A DNA stretch of 64,000 bases from Paracoccaceae bacterium (GCA_021775315.1 JAJFIC010000027.1:8759-72758); one strand, 5' to 3'. Counted from the first letter of the stretch, positions 1-8,579 are shown. A program made the numbers and translations. Notes: generated from the letters alone by a model not told the origin.

Positions 1-3000
1 GCCTGGGATTGATCACTTCCTTAGTAATAAGAAGTTCGGCTTTTTGCTTTGGCTTGATCTCTGAACAAACTGCCGTGTTGTACACGACCACCTGATTGCC
101 CGTGGGGTGAAGGGTTATTTCCTGCCCCTGCGGATCATAAGACACATCCCATTTGCAATTATCTGGAAATCCGGGAACGGTTTGCGCGATTTCCGTCACG
201 GTGCACTGCGTGCCTACATTCAACCCGGTCAGGATCTCGGTGAAACCATTGCCAATGTTCAAATCGACATTGTGATTTGAAGAAGGGCCACAATTAACAT
301 TCACTGTGAACTCGGCTCCTGACAAAGGCAACGGCGGGTTTATTGCGGACATGTCCGGTTTTTTGGTAATAATCAGTGCAGTTTCACCACCTTCCTTTGC
401 TTTGCATATCACTTCGTTGACAACAGACAGCACATTCACACTGTTGCTTAGGATTGAAAGGTTCGCGCCAGCCGCGACAACCGTTCCATTGAAATTGTAG
501 ATCGGTGCAACCCAGACAGGTTCGCCTTTCCTACAAATTTCAGGATCAAGCGGGCCGTTTATTTGCTCGGGCGCAAATTCAGTAACGCGGCAATCGTTGG
601 ATCCCGTGCTGGCACTGGTTGGAACAAGAACCTGCCCCAAACCGCCGACGCCAGAACCCGAAGCCACGGCAGGCGTCACGATACCAACAGAAATCGTGTG
701 AACCGGTCCGCTGCACGCGACTTCGAATTTGAACTCTGCGTCCGCAATGGTGCCATGCGTATTGTTCAGAAATGTTTTTCTGATCAACAGTTCGCTTGGG
801 ATCGGTGCAGGGCAAGACACGCGGTTCACAACGCTCAGATGTGCCGGATCAAGACCGACCGTGGTGCTTTGCCCATTAGGATATTCAGCGGCCCATTTGC
901 ATCCCTTCGGAGGGTCCGGTTGATTTGGCGACGGCAGCACTTCCACGATGTTGCAAACCGCCCCGACCGGCACATTTGTGTGAGAAGCCGAGTAGCCATT
1001 TGCAAAGTTTAATATCAGCGGGTTCGGCGTGCCACCGGATGGGGTACAGGTGACATTGACCCAAAAATCACCAGAGCCGGGCATCTTGCCCTCAAAAGAC
1101 TTTGTAACGGTCAGGGTGCTTATTCTGGGTTCGCACACCAGTTCATTGATCACTTCAACGTTTGCCTGGCCACCTGATGGAACGTTAATTCCGCCGCTCG
1201 TGGCTGCACTTGCAGGAACGTAAACCGGCGCGCGCCATACCGCGAGGTGGGTTTTTTCGCAAAACGCGAATTCCGCATTTGCCTGATCCAGATCGAACGG
1301 ATTCAGAATTCCGGCTTCACTGACCGTGCAATCGCCACCGCCGCTGTGAACCGGGAAGTTCAGATGGGTGTTGCCGCTGGCAGATTGACCACCTTGAACG
1401 CCTGCAACGGTCACGTGCTGATTTGCCGTTGGGTTGTTTGCGTCAAAAGTTGGGGCGGTTGCCTGGCTGCAGGACACATCAAATTGATAATCCAGTGTTG
1501 GGATCGTGCCAAGTGTATGATTCAAAACCGTTTTTGTGATTTCAAGATCGCCATGCTCCAACACTCTGAAGCATTTTGTTTCTGAATCAGCTGGCGGATG
1601 GGTGAACCAGTCTTCATCTGCATTGATACCGGCCATCACCGCCGACGCCGTGTTGCAGAATTTGTCGCCGCGCGTAAAACCATCGACTTGATAGGTCGCT
1701 GTAACGGCTTCACCGCCATCAAAATCACCTAAACCCAAATCGAACGGCAGTAATGGAAACGGGGCCAAACCGTTCGGCCGCCAGACGCAATCCACACTTC
1801 CGGGTGTGCCCGGGATTTGAAAACAAGTGGACCCAAGGACGTTTAGCGAACCGGGGACAACTCCGAAATCAAGTGTCGATGTTGTGTTTGTTAACGGCGA
1901 AATCACGTCTGACAGCAATATGCCGTTCCAGTCGTTATTGTTGCCCCAGCCAACCAAATCGTCGCCAAGATTGCTGACAGATACTTCAAAGACCGGCGAT
2001 GGGCCGCCTTCCCAGGTAAGTCCGTTTTCCACAGTTTTGCTGACCGAGATGTCATAGCACTTCGGCAAAGGCAGCGACAGTGAGCTCCAACTATCCCAAT
2101 CCGTCTGATTGGATGGATTTGGCACTGCCGTCCCCGTGGTTGGGTTGGTTAGGCTATAAATCCCTGACGGGCCCGATGGCGGAAAGGGCAGGTTGTTGTT
2201 GTACGTGCGTGAAATATCCATCAGGGCAATGTTTTCAAGATGGGCAAATTCGTCGCCCTTGCACAAGGATTTGTCAGTTGGTTGTTTGACGTTGATCGTA
2301 ATATCACAGACCAATTCAGCCCCTGCCGCGTATTCCAAAGGACCGAAATCAATAATCCGCGCCCCCTGACTGGGCAGGGTGTTATGGCTGACAAAACCTG
2401 ATAAACCGCTGTTTGCCGGAAAATCTGGCATGGCGCCAACCGGGATCACCGGCTTGGTAATGTCCAAAACCGCGCAGCTGTATTCATAGTCAAACTGCAT
2501 TCCAACGGCATAATCGCTTTGGAAAATCCTAATGGCGTCATAGGTGGTGCCGACTATTCTGGATTGGCTGTCATTGTTGGAAAACAGCACCCGGTATTTG
2601 ACATCCGTGTTAAAAACGATCTTTGGGTTTTGGGTTTTCTTGACGACCTGAAAATTACACTCATCCGCGTTGGCCATTTCCACCACCGCGTCATCGTGCA
2701 TCGCATAGTTTACGTCGTGAAATGTACCATCAAAAAACTCAACATTAACAGGGCCATAGGCTGCCCAAGCGCGGTTTCTAATCCGATTGAGCGCGTTAAT
2801 ATCAAGGCTGTCACAAGTCAGATCATCAAAGGTCATCTGAAACTTGATCACAGCCTTGTCGCCAGCGGCCAAGGTAATATTTTGCGGGTTGAGTTCCCAC
2901 ATCTGATGGTGTGCGCCGTAATAGTTAAAATCCTGAGGCGAGTTTGAACTGACGGTGCTGCACTGGCTGTCAGGACTTGCCTGATTGCCATTGGAGTCTT

Positions 3001-4426
3001 CAAGCGTGCAGTTCCAATTGGTCAGCATCTCGGCCCGAAAGCCCGGCGTGCCCGCGAATTGTAGCAGCGTGTCGCGCAGGCGAATATTGTTAACGGTCTG
3101 GGCCGGAATGCCGGACGCTCCGCTGATGTTTTCAAGGATTATTTTGAAGTCAACCACGCCAGTGGTCCAATCGACAAGACCACCAGTGCCACCAATGGCT
3201 TTTGACACAGTAATAATAGGGTCGGGGGCGGTGGTGGGAGGAGGAGTCGGGCAATCTGGATTCAGAAAGGTTTCACCGGTTTCGATGTTAAACGCCGCAA
3301 CATCCGTATTATTTGCTGCATTGGCTTCAAAAATTGTTCCAACGGTTTGGCCGTTTCCGTTCACATATGTCTGGTTGAAGAAAACAGTGTTGTTAATGCC
3401 GTCTGTGCCAAAACGGGTGCATTCAAGGAATTTGCTGTATTTGACTTTGTAGGTAAGGGTGATTTCGTCCTGCGGACCCAACTCGCCATTTTGGCCCGCC
3501 GGAAATTGCGCCATGAACAAATCGCCGGGGTTTATCGAACCCACAGTGATCGGTGAGACCACCGGCAGCGAAACGTTGCTGGGCAACACAACACAATCCC
3601 CACTTGCGTTGGTGGTCGCACAAGAAAACTCGGTCAGGCTTGCATGAAAGGCTACGCTGTTGGGCATAAGCGCTTGCTGATCGTGTACGCCGAAACCCTG
3701 GCCCAGAAGCACGGTTTGACCGGTGCTGGCAGGGCTTTCGTTCTTGATGACAACTGTATATTCAACCTCGACCGGACCGCCGGACACGTCAATAAATGAC
3801 TCAGACGCAGATTTTGAAATACTGACATCGACCGGGAACTGGAGCGGGATATCCGTGTCATAACCAACATGATCTGAAACGAGGGGGCCCCAATCGCTGA
3901 TGTTTCCCGGCGCATTGATGGGATCAAAAACGCCGATGTTGTTTTCCTCTTCAAAGGTATTTGGATCGCCGGAAAAGAATCCGTTTATGGCGCAGGTCGT
4001 GGTCTGGGCCCCGTTGCTGTTAAAATCTGCGTGCAAAACATCCGGTGGTCCGAAAACCACGCCAAAGGCGCTCACCGGAACATCGGGAGCACCATCTGTT
4101 GAGCAAGACATAGAAACAAAAGTAAAACCCGCTGGCAGATAGTCCTGAATCCGTTGATCCGCATTGGGTGCCGTTGTGTCAAAATCAATTTCCAGGCCAA
4201 AGGTCACGGGGGCGTTCGCATAAAGGCCGGCATATCCGTCCAAAATTGGCGTCTGGGAACAATCGTTCAAAATATCAGAGGCATGTGTATTTGAACCGAT
4301 AGGGCAAAGATATTTCGTGACTGAATAGTCCGCCGGTTGAGCAATCGCATAATGAGCCGGCGCAACAGCCAGTAAAAGCGGTAAAATTAGACTTTTCAGG
4401 AGACTGGTGACATATCTAACTTGCAT
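1..4426 (-). CDS. Giant secreted repeat-domain surface protein (putative adhesin); 3' end cut by the window edge, >=1475 codons
   Basis: Absent from the ORF track because it runs off the left edge. Manual minus-strand translation from ATG 4426-4424 (RBS GAGGGAAAA upstream) stays open to base 2; the last residues ...AELLITKEVINPR were checked base by base at 61-2. N-terminus MQVRYVTSLLKSLILPLLLAVAPAHYAIA|QP looks like a Sec signal. DUF11-like segments (VDVSISKSASE..VEYTVVIKNES; ITVSKAIGG; YDISVSKTVENG) are followed by Cys-paired modules (LEITKTV..GDCTVSE; LTVTKSF..VGAVCNIVE..GCKWAAEY). None of the four listed minus-strand ORFs in 1-4426 is in this frame. Confidence 0.85.
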   Translation of the reverse strand, partial: MQVRYVTSLLKSLILPLLLAVAPAHYAIAQPADYSVTKYLCPIGSNTHASDILNDCSQTPILDGYAGLYANAPVTFGLEIDFDTTAPNADQRIQDYLPAGFTFVSMSCSTDGAPDVPVSAFGVVFGPPDVLHADFNSNGAQTTTCAINGFFSGDPNTFEEENNIGVFDPINAPGNISDWGPLVSDHVGYDTDIPLQFPVDVSISKSASESFIDVSGGPVEVEYTVVIKNESPASTGQTVLLGQGFGVHDQQALMPNSVAFHASLTEFSCATTNASGDCVVLPSNVSLPVVSPITVGSINPGDLFMAQFPAGQNGELGPQDEITLTYKVKYSKFLECTRFGTDGINNTVFFNQTYVNGNGQTVGTIFEANAANNTDVAAFNIETGETFLNPDCPTPPPTTAPDPIITVSKAIGGTGGLVDWTTGVVDFKIILENISGASGIPAQTVNNIRLRDTLLQFAGTPGFRAEMLTNWNCTLEDSNGNQASPDSQCSTVSSNSPQDFNYYGAHHQMWELNPQNITLAAGDKAVIKFQMTFDDLTCDSLDINALNRIRNRAWAAYGPVNVEFFDGTFHDVNYAMHDDAVVEMANADECNFQVVKKTQNPKIVFNTDVKYRVLFSNNDSQSRIVGTTYDAIRIFQSDYAVGMQFDYEYSCAVLDITKPVIPVGAMPDFPANSGLSGFVSHNTLPSQGARIIDFGPLEYAAGAELVCDITINVKQPTDKSLCKGDEFAHLENIALMDISRTYNNNLPFPPSGPSGIYSLTNPTTGTAVPNPSNQTDWDSWSSLSLPLPKCYDISVSKTVENGLTWEGGPSPVFEVSVSNLGDDLVGWGNNNDWNGILLSDVISPLTNTTSTLDFGVVPGSLNVLGSTCFQIPGTPGSVDCVWRPNGLAPFPLLPFDLGLGDFDGGEAVTATYQVDGFTRGDKFCNTASAVMAGINADEDWFTHPPADSETKCFRVLEHGDLEITKTVLNHTLGTIPTLDYQFDVSCSQATAPTFDANNPTANQHVTVAGVQGGQSASGNTHLNFPVHSGGGDCTVSEAGILNPFDLDQANAEFAFCEKTHLAVWRAPVYVPASAATSGGINVPSGGQANVEVINELVCEPRISTLTVTKSFEGKMPGSGDFWVNVTCTPSGGTPNPLILNFANGYSASHTNVPVGAVCNIVEVLPSPNQPDPPKGCKWAAEYPNGQSTTVGLDPAHLSVVNRVSCPAPIPSELLIRKTFLNNTHGTIADAEFKFEVACSGPVHTISVGIVTPAVASGSGVGGLGQVLVPTSASTGSNDCRVTEFAPEQINGPLDPEICRKGEPVWVAPIYNFNGTVVAAGANLSILSNSVNVLSVVNEVICKAKEGGETALIITKKPDMSAINPPLPLSGAEFTVNVNCGPSSNHNVDLNIGNGFTEILTGLNVGTQCTVTEIAQTVPGFPDNCKWDVSYDPQGQEITLHPTGNQVVVYNTAVCSEIKPKQKAELLITKEVINPR
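2..1546 (-). repeat. Tandem 756-nt (252-codon) bipartite coding repeat inside the giant protein gene; two full units plus the start of a third
   Basis: Unit starts LEITK (Leu codon at 1546), LLIRK (790) and LLITK (34) are spaced exactly 756 nt apart. Each unit is module A (..TKTxLNxTxGTI..F.V.CS..DC.V.E..) plus module B (..V.V.C....G..C.V.E....P..CKW...Y....V.N...C). Confidence 0.8.
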
Positions 4427-4552
4427 AATTTTCCCTCGAAATTTTTGAACGAACTGTTTTATCTGCGCCATCTTGTGTGGTTCATTCTGGGCTGATGCCC
4501 GGTTTTTGAAACCCACGAGAGTCTATTGTTTTGGGATTCGGGAAACCTGTCG

Positions 4553-4568
4553 CCTAGCAATTGCTAGG
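4553..4568. promoter_or_regulatory. Perfect 16-bp palindrome CCTAGCAATTGCTAGG in the divergent adhesin/LuxR intergenic region; candidate operator
   Basis: Read directly from the sequence. It lies between the giant protein ATG (4426, minus) and the LuxR-type gene (4695/4863, plus). It is followed by a GGGTTT-N8-AAACCC dyad at 4566-4587. Confidence 0.45.
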
Positions 4569-4631
4569 GTTTGTTTTAAAAAACCCCAATGTGGCGATCA
4601 CCGGCAGACAAAGGCCGAAACACTGTCGTTT

Positions 4632-4649
4632 TTCACCCGAAAGGGTGAA
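4632..4649. promoter_or_regulatory. Inverted repeat TTCACCC-GAAA-GGGTGAA, copy 1 of 2
   Basis: 7-bp arms around GAAA. The identical 16-nt core recurs at 5879-5894. Both copies sit in divergent intergenic regions of the island. Confidence 0.45.
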
Positions 4650-4694
4650 TACCAGTCCTGATTTCAAGACCTATCATTTGGCTGATTTTGCTAA

Positions 4695-5297
4695 ATGTGG
4701 TGTGGCGCGATGAGTGTGGACGTTGGAATATTTATGCAAACTCCGGCGGCAATTGTGTCACGAAGCTATCAACTTCAATCCTACAATTCAGAAATCGGAC
4801 GCCTCGATATTTTTCCAATTCTTCTATTGGGGCAGGACGGACAGGATTGCGGGGACGCATCCATGTCTATTTGCAAAAACCTGCTGGAATTGGGTGTCGC
4901 TACAGATTTCCATGAGCAGATCATCGCAACCAACGCGGCAAAGTTTGAGGCAACTTTGCAATCGTCACGTAAATCCGTCAGACGGACGACGTTAGAGGTG
5001 ATCCCAATGAAGCCCGCTGACGATGATAATTCGCCTCAATCCTTTTTGTGGCTTCTGTTTGAAGATCGAATTCAGGCCAAAGTCAGTGAATTTTCAAAGG
5101 CGAATGGCCTTACGGATTCTGAAGCCAAGATATTGGACCTTCTGTCCAAGGGTGCAACTGCGCGGTCCATTTCGGTGCAAACTGGCCGCACATACGGCAC
5201 TACGCGGTGGCACCTTCAGAACATTCTTTCCAAGACCAGAATGCGTTCGCAAACCCAACTGATTTCCGAACTGTTTGTCGAAACTGATCCCTGCTGA
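4695..5297 (+). CDS. LuxR/FixJ-type HTH transcriptional regulator with a non-receiver N-terminal region
   Basis: C-terminal LTDSEAKILDLLSKGATARSISVQTGRTYGTTRWHLQNILSKTRMRSQTQLISELF matches the LuxR-type HTH pattern. The start is uncertain: in-frame ATGs at 4734 and 4863 are alternatives. Confidence 0.7.
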   Translation: MWCGAMSVDVGIFMQTPAAIVSRSYQLQSYNSEIGRLDIFPILLLGQDGQDCGDASMSICKNLLELGVATDFHEQIIATNAAKFEATLQSSRKSVRRTTLEVIPMKPADDDNSPQSFLWLLFEDRIQAKVSEFSKANGLTDSEAKILDLLSKGATARSISVQTGRTYGTTRWHLQNILSKTRMRSQTQLISELFVETDPC

Positions 5298-5374
5298 TCC
5301 TAGGTTTTGCCAGCCATATAGCAATCGTATCTACGTCCCCAATAGTTCCACGTAGCTTTTTCAACACTCTGCGA

Positions 5375-5417
5375 CAAATAAAATACGCGCCCCGCAATTT
5401 GAAATCTGCGAGGCGCG
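5375..5417 (-). terminator. Rho-independent terminator candidate for the small secreted protein gene
   Basis: CGCGCCCCGCA (5386-5396) pairs with TGCGAGGCGCG (5407-5417): 10 bp, one mismatch, 10-nt loop. On the minus strand it is followed by TATTTTATTTG (5385-5375). It lies about 60 nt below the stop at 5475. Confidence 0.55.
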
Positions 5418-5474
5418 AAATTGAGGTCGGGAGATCAAACAACCGGCCAGATTACCGGTTATGCGGGGTTTGCC

Positions 5475-5819
5475 CTATTGCCACTTATATTTGATTTCAA
5501 TGTTTTTACAGCCACCGGGTTGTTCGCTGTTGACACACCAGCAACCGTGATTGGTCGTGCCGCCTTTATGATATCCCGGCCCTGGTTGACCTTCGGCCAC
5601 AATGATATCGGTGTTTACGATCCTGCACTGGAACTTCAGCAACAGATTGGTCAGCTCATAGTCGCCCTTGCCGCCAGTGTTGTCCCGTTGCAGCCACGGT
5701 GTCTGTCCTGCCGCCAGGGCAACGTCTGTTGCGGCCAAGGGAACCTGCACACCGACAGACAGCGCAAGAACCAGCGTCGCGCCGTTCAGAACCTTCTTTA
5801 GTGAGATATTTCGTGACAT
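5475..5819 (-). CDS. Small secreted protein (114 aa) with four Cys; no recognised family
   Basis: ATG at 5819 is preceded by the AAGGAAA RBS; the track ORF 5475..6023 is over-extended. MSRNISLKKVLNGATLVLALSVGVQVPLAA looks like a signal peptide. The mature part contains FQCRIV...NHGCWCVNSEQPGGCKNIEIKYKWQ. Confidence 0.6.
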   Translation of the reverse strand: MSRNISLKKVLNGATLVLALSVGVQVPLAATDVALAAGQTPWLQRDNTGGKGDYELTNLLLKFQCRIVNTDIIVAEGQPGPGYHKGGTTNHGCWCVNSEQPGGCKNIEIKYKWQ

Positions 5820-5878
5820 TTCATTTCCTTTCAGCTTTGCATGTAAGGAAACTTTAGCAATGCCAAATTTGCAAAAAA

Positions 5879-5894
5879 TCACCCGAAAGGGTGA
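5879..5894. promoter_or_regulatory. Inverted repeat TCACCC-GAAA-GGGTGA, copy 2 of 2
   Basis: Identical core to 4633-4648. It lies between the small secreted protein ATG (5819, minus) and the SGNH gene, ending 6 nt before ATG 5901. Confidence 0.45.
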
Positions 5895-5900
5895 AAAGAT

Positions 5901-6929
5901 ATGTTGATCTTGCGAGCGAAAGGATTGGCCGAAATGGATGCCATTGACCGGTTTGAAAAACTGGTGGCTGAGGGCGCTGATGCGCAAGCTAGAAAAGCGT
6001 TCTCTGAAAGTATTGAGGTTCAAAAAACCGGGGCTTTCCGATTTGAAATAAAGGATCAGGAAAACACCCCTACGGGTCGAACCGAAACATTATTTGTAGC
6101 GCCAGAGTTGGAAGCGACACCCGGGGCCAAGGGCGTTTTGTTCCGCAACTTCGCCGCATTGGACAATAAATGGCGAAACACCGTCTATTTTGATGCCTTT
6201 GTCAACAAAGGCGGGACCAAAGTTATCACGCAAGGCGACAGTTGGTTCGCCTTCCCGCTGGTCGAGCCGGTTGATGTGGCGGAATGGCTTGCCAAACAGA
6301 TGCCCGTTTTCGCGATGGGATGCCCCGGCGACGATGTTACCGACATGGCTAGCGGTCAAAAGATGGCCGATCTGGTGGCGGCGCTGAAAGAAACAAATGC
6401 AGAAATAGTTGCCTTGTCAGGCGGTGGAAACGAACTGATCGGTGATGATTTTCCGACGGTGCTTCGAACGCCGGATCATGCTTTATCAGCGGTCGACTTC
6501 ATCGAGCCCGAGCAGCTTTCTGAAAAGATCGCCAAGGTCATTGATGGCTTTGAAGAAATTATTCAAAGGCTGATTTCAGTGGATCCAAAAGTTCAGATTT
6601 GCGCCCATAGTTATGATTATCCGGTTCCACGCCAGCAAAAAGCGACGTTTTTGGGGCCGGTCCTAAGCGATCTGGAGATACCTGATAAATATTGGATTGG
6701 GATATGTGCCCATATCATAGATCAGTTTGATGACGCGCTTGTTCATCTGGCGAAGCGGTATGCAAAAAACTTCTTTCGGGTGGATTTACGGGGCATTGCA
6801 GGTGATCGCAGTGCCAATTGGGCCGACGAGATACATTTGAACTCTGCCACCGCGGCGCTTGCGGCAAATGAATTCATCGTGCAGTTTAAAAAAAGGTTAG
6901 GAAGTGCCTTGAAGCTGCATGACCCTTAG
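5901..6929 (+). CDS. SGNH/GDSL-family hydrolase (esterase/lipase-like) with a ~100-aa N-terminal extension
   Basis: Block I VITQGDSWFAFP, block III-like LSGGGNELIGDDF, block V NWADEIHLN (DxxH). No signal peptide seen. Alternative start ATG 5934 (MDAIDRF) with an AAAGGA RBS. Confidence 0.65.
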   Translation: MLILRAKGLAEMDAIDRFEKLVAEGADAQARKAFSESIEVQKTGAFRFEIKDQENTPTGRTETLFVAPELEATPGAKGVLFRNFAALDNKWRNTVYFDAFVNKGGTKVITQGDSWFAFPLVEPVDVAEWLAKQMPVFAMGCPGDDVTDMASGQKMADLVAALKETNAEIVALSGGGNELIGDDFPTVLRTPDHALSAVDFIEPEQLSEKIAKVIDGFEEIIQRLISVDPKVQICAHSYDYPVPRQQKATFLGPVLSDLEIPDKYWIGICAHIIDQFDDALVHLAKRYAKNFFRVDLRGIAGDRSANWADEIHLNSATAALAANEFIVQFKKRLGSALKLHDP

Positions 6930-6949
6930 GCACGCAATTCAGTGAGAAA

Positions 6950-8578
6950 ATGACCGACGATATTGGAACGCATCTGACCAGCTTGGAAATGCCAGCAGAG
7001 TTGGCGACAAAATTCCTTTCGCTTTATGAATGTTTGTCTAATCCAGAACACACGGAATTGCTTATCCAAACCATCGGCGACTGGCTGGAGGAAGAGGACA
7101 ATGCGCTCTACATCAGAAGTTTAGAGCGACACGCAGAAACCGTTCGAAACCTCGTTATTGACGTGCTGAACGAGGCACAGAACCAAGAATATTCGACCAG
7201 AAAACCGACATATCAAACGACAAAGCACAAAGTTACTGGTCTTGAGTTGGTGGATGTTGAAGCCCAATTGGGGGTGTCCTTTGTCGCCGATGACGTGCCA
7301 ATTTATGGCAGTTGGATAAACGGACAAGAACAGTCGAAAATCTTTCAGGTCGTCGATGAAAAGGGGCAGGGCCATCTTTGTCTTGCTGCCAAAACGAAAA
7401 TATCTGACAGCGAAACTGCCCTGAAATTCTGGCTGAATGATCCGGCAATCGCTGAAGCAGCAGAGGAATTGTTGGTCCGTGATCTTTCAATATCTCATAG
7501 CGAATGTTTGGTCTTAAGGGAAATCGCTTTGGGTCTTCGCCGCAGTGAAATCGCCGAGAAGTTGGGGAAATCCAACGAAACGATCCGGTCTCAGATCAAA
7601 TCGATTGCGAATAAAATGGGGGTATCTGGCCAAATTGAGATTGCCGCTGAATTGCGAAATCTGGAAACCGTCGGGATTCCAAGCGTATCCGCGGCGGCGG
7701 CTAAATCGGCAATTGAAAACCATATCGTTTTGCCAGATGGACGAACATTAGAGTATTTGGAATATGGCCCAAAAAATGGCCGGCCAATATTGTTTTTCCA
7801 CTGTTTTTTAAGCGGCAAGCATTTGCCTGCATCTATAGATGAAGCCTTGGCAGAAACCAACTTCAGGATTATTTCGGTTTCACGGGCTGGCTATGGCGGC
7901 TCGTCGATGCACACACCCCTTGCCGCAAGCGTTCTGGAAGCAAATTCAGATGACTTCAGGGCGGTTATTGCCACGCTTGGCCTTGGGCCTTGTTATATTC
8001 TGGCGAACGCCACAGGATTTGCCACAGCGTTCTATTTTGCCGCGAAATACCCCGAACTCACCCGCAAAATTCTTGGGCTGGACCCGGTTCCGCCGATAAG
8101 CCGCCTATCAGATATGGGAAAACTGGTAGGTCTTTTTAAGGCGTCCGCTTTGACGATGACCAAAGCACCAGCGACCTTTTCGTTGATGACAAAGTTTGCT
8201 ATGCGCAGGCTTGATACCTTTGACGATGCCACAAAAACCTATCGCCGACACATCCTTTACCCCACCGTTAAACTTGAAAAACTGGAAAGCCCGGAAGGCA
8301 TCGACGCGGGAACCAGGAATGTTCAGGATCTCAGGGTAAACCATCTGAAGCAATGGATGGCCGAGGCGCAGGCCTTTCGAAGTGACTGGTCAGCGCTGGG
8401 CCCTGAATCCAACCGACGCCCAGAGGTGATTTTGTTCCACACCAAAGATAATCCCTTTGTAACCAGCAAAGGCACCCGAGAACTGGCAAAGTTGCTGGAA
8501 TGCGAAATTATCCAATTGGGCGACACATTTCCTTTTTTAGAGCCGCATTTGAAAACAATGTTAAAGAGAATTGCTTAG
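6950..8578 (+). CDS. Three-part protein: unknown N-domain, central LuxR-type HTH, C-terminal alpha/beta-hydrolase fold that looks catalytically degenerate
   Basis: HTH: LSISHSECLVLREIALGLRRSEIAEKLGKSNETIRSQIKSIANKMGVSGQIEIAAEL. Alpha/beta fold: LEYLEYGPKNGRPILFFHCFLSG ... CYILANATGFATAFYFAAKYPE, where the nucleophile elbow reads A-N-A-T-G instead of G-x-S-x-G. ... LGDTFPFLEP stands where G-H-x-x-x-x-E is usual. Confidence 0.7.
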   Translation: MTDDIGTHLTSLEMPAELATKFLSLYECLSNPEHTELLIQTIGDWLEEEDNALYIRSLERHAETVRNLVIDVLNEAQNQEYSTRKPTYQTTKHKVTGLELVDVEAQLGVSFVADDVPIYGSWINGQEQSKIFQVVDEKGQGHLCLAAKTKISDSETALKFWLNDPAIAEAAEELLVRDLSISHSECLVLREIALGLRRSEIAEKLGKSNETIRSQIKSIANKMGVSGQIEIAAELRNLETVGIPSVSAAAAKSAIENHIVLPDGRTLEYLEYGPKNGRPILFFHCFLSGKHLPASIDEALAETNFRIISVSRAGYGGSSMHTPLAASVLEANSDDFRAVIATLGLGPCYILANATGFATAFYFAAKYPELTRKILGLDPVPPISRLSDMGKLVGLFKASALTMTKAPATFSLMTKFAMRRLDTFDDATKTYRRHILYPTVKLEKLESPEGIDAGTRNVQDLRVNHLKQWMAEAQAFRSDWSALGPESNRRPEVILFHTKDNPFVTSKGTRELAKLLECEIIQLGDTFPFLEPHLKTMLKRIA

Positions 8579-8579
8579 T

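Noticed and set aside
306-4142. About 20 short plus-strand ORFs (60-155 aa) and four minus-strand ORFs tiled over the first 4.4 kb.
   Set aside because: All are out of frame with, or antisense to, the single continuous 1475-codon minus-strand frame. That frame has a signal peptide, an RBS and a repeat architecture.
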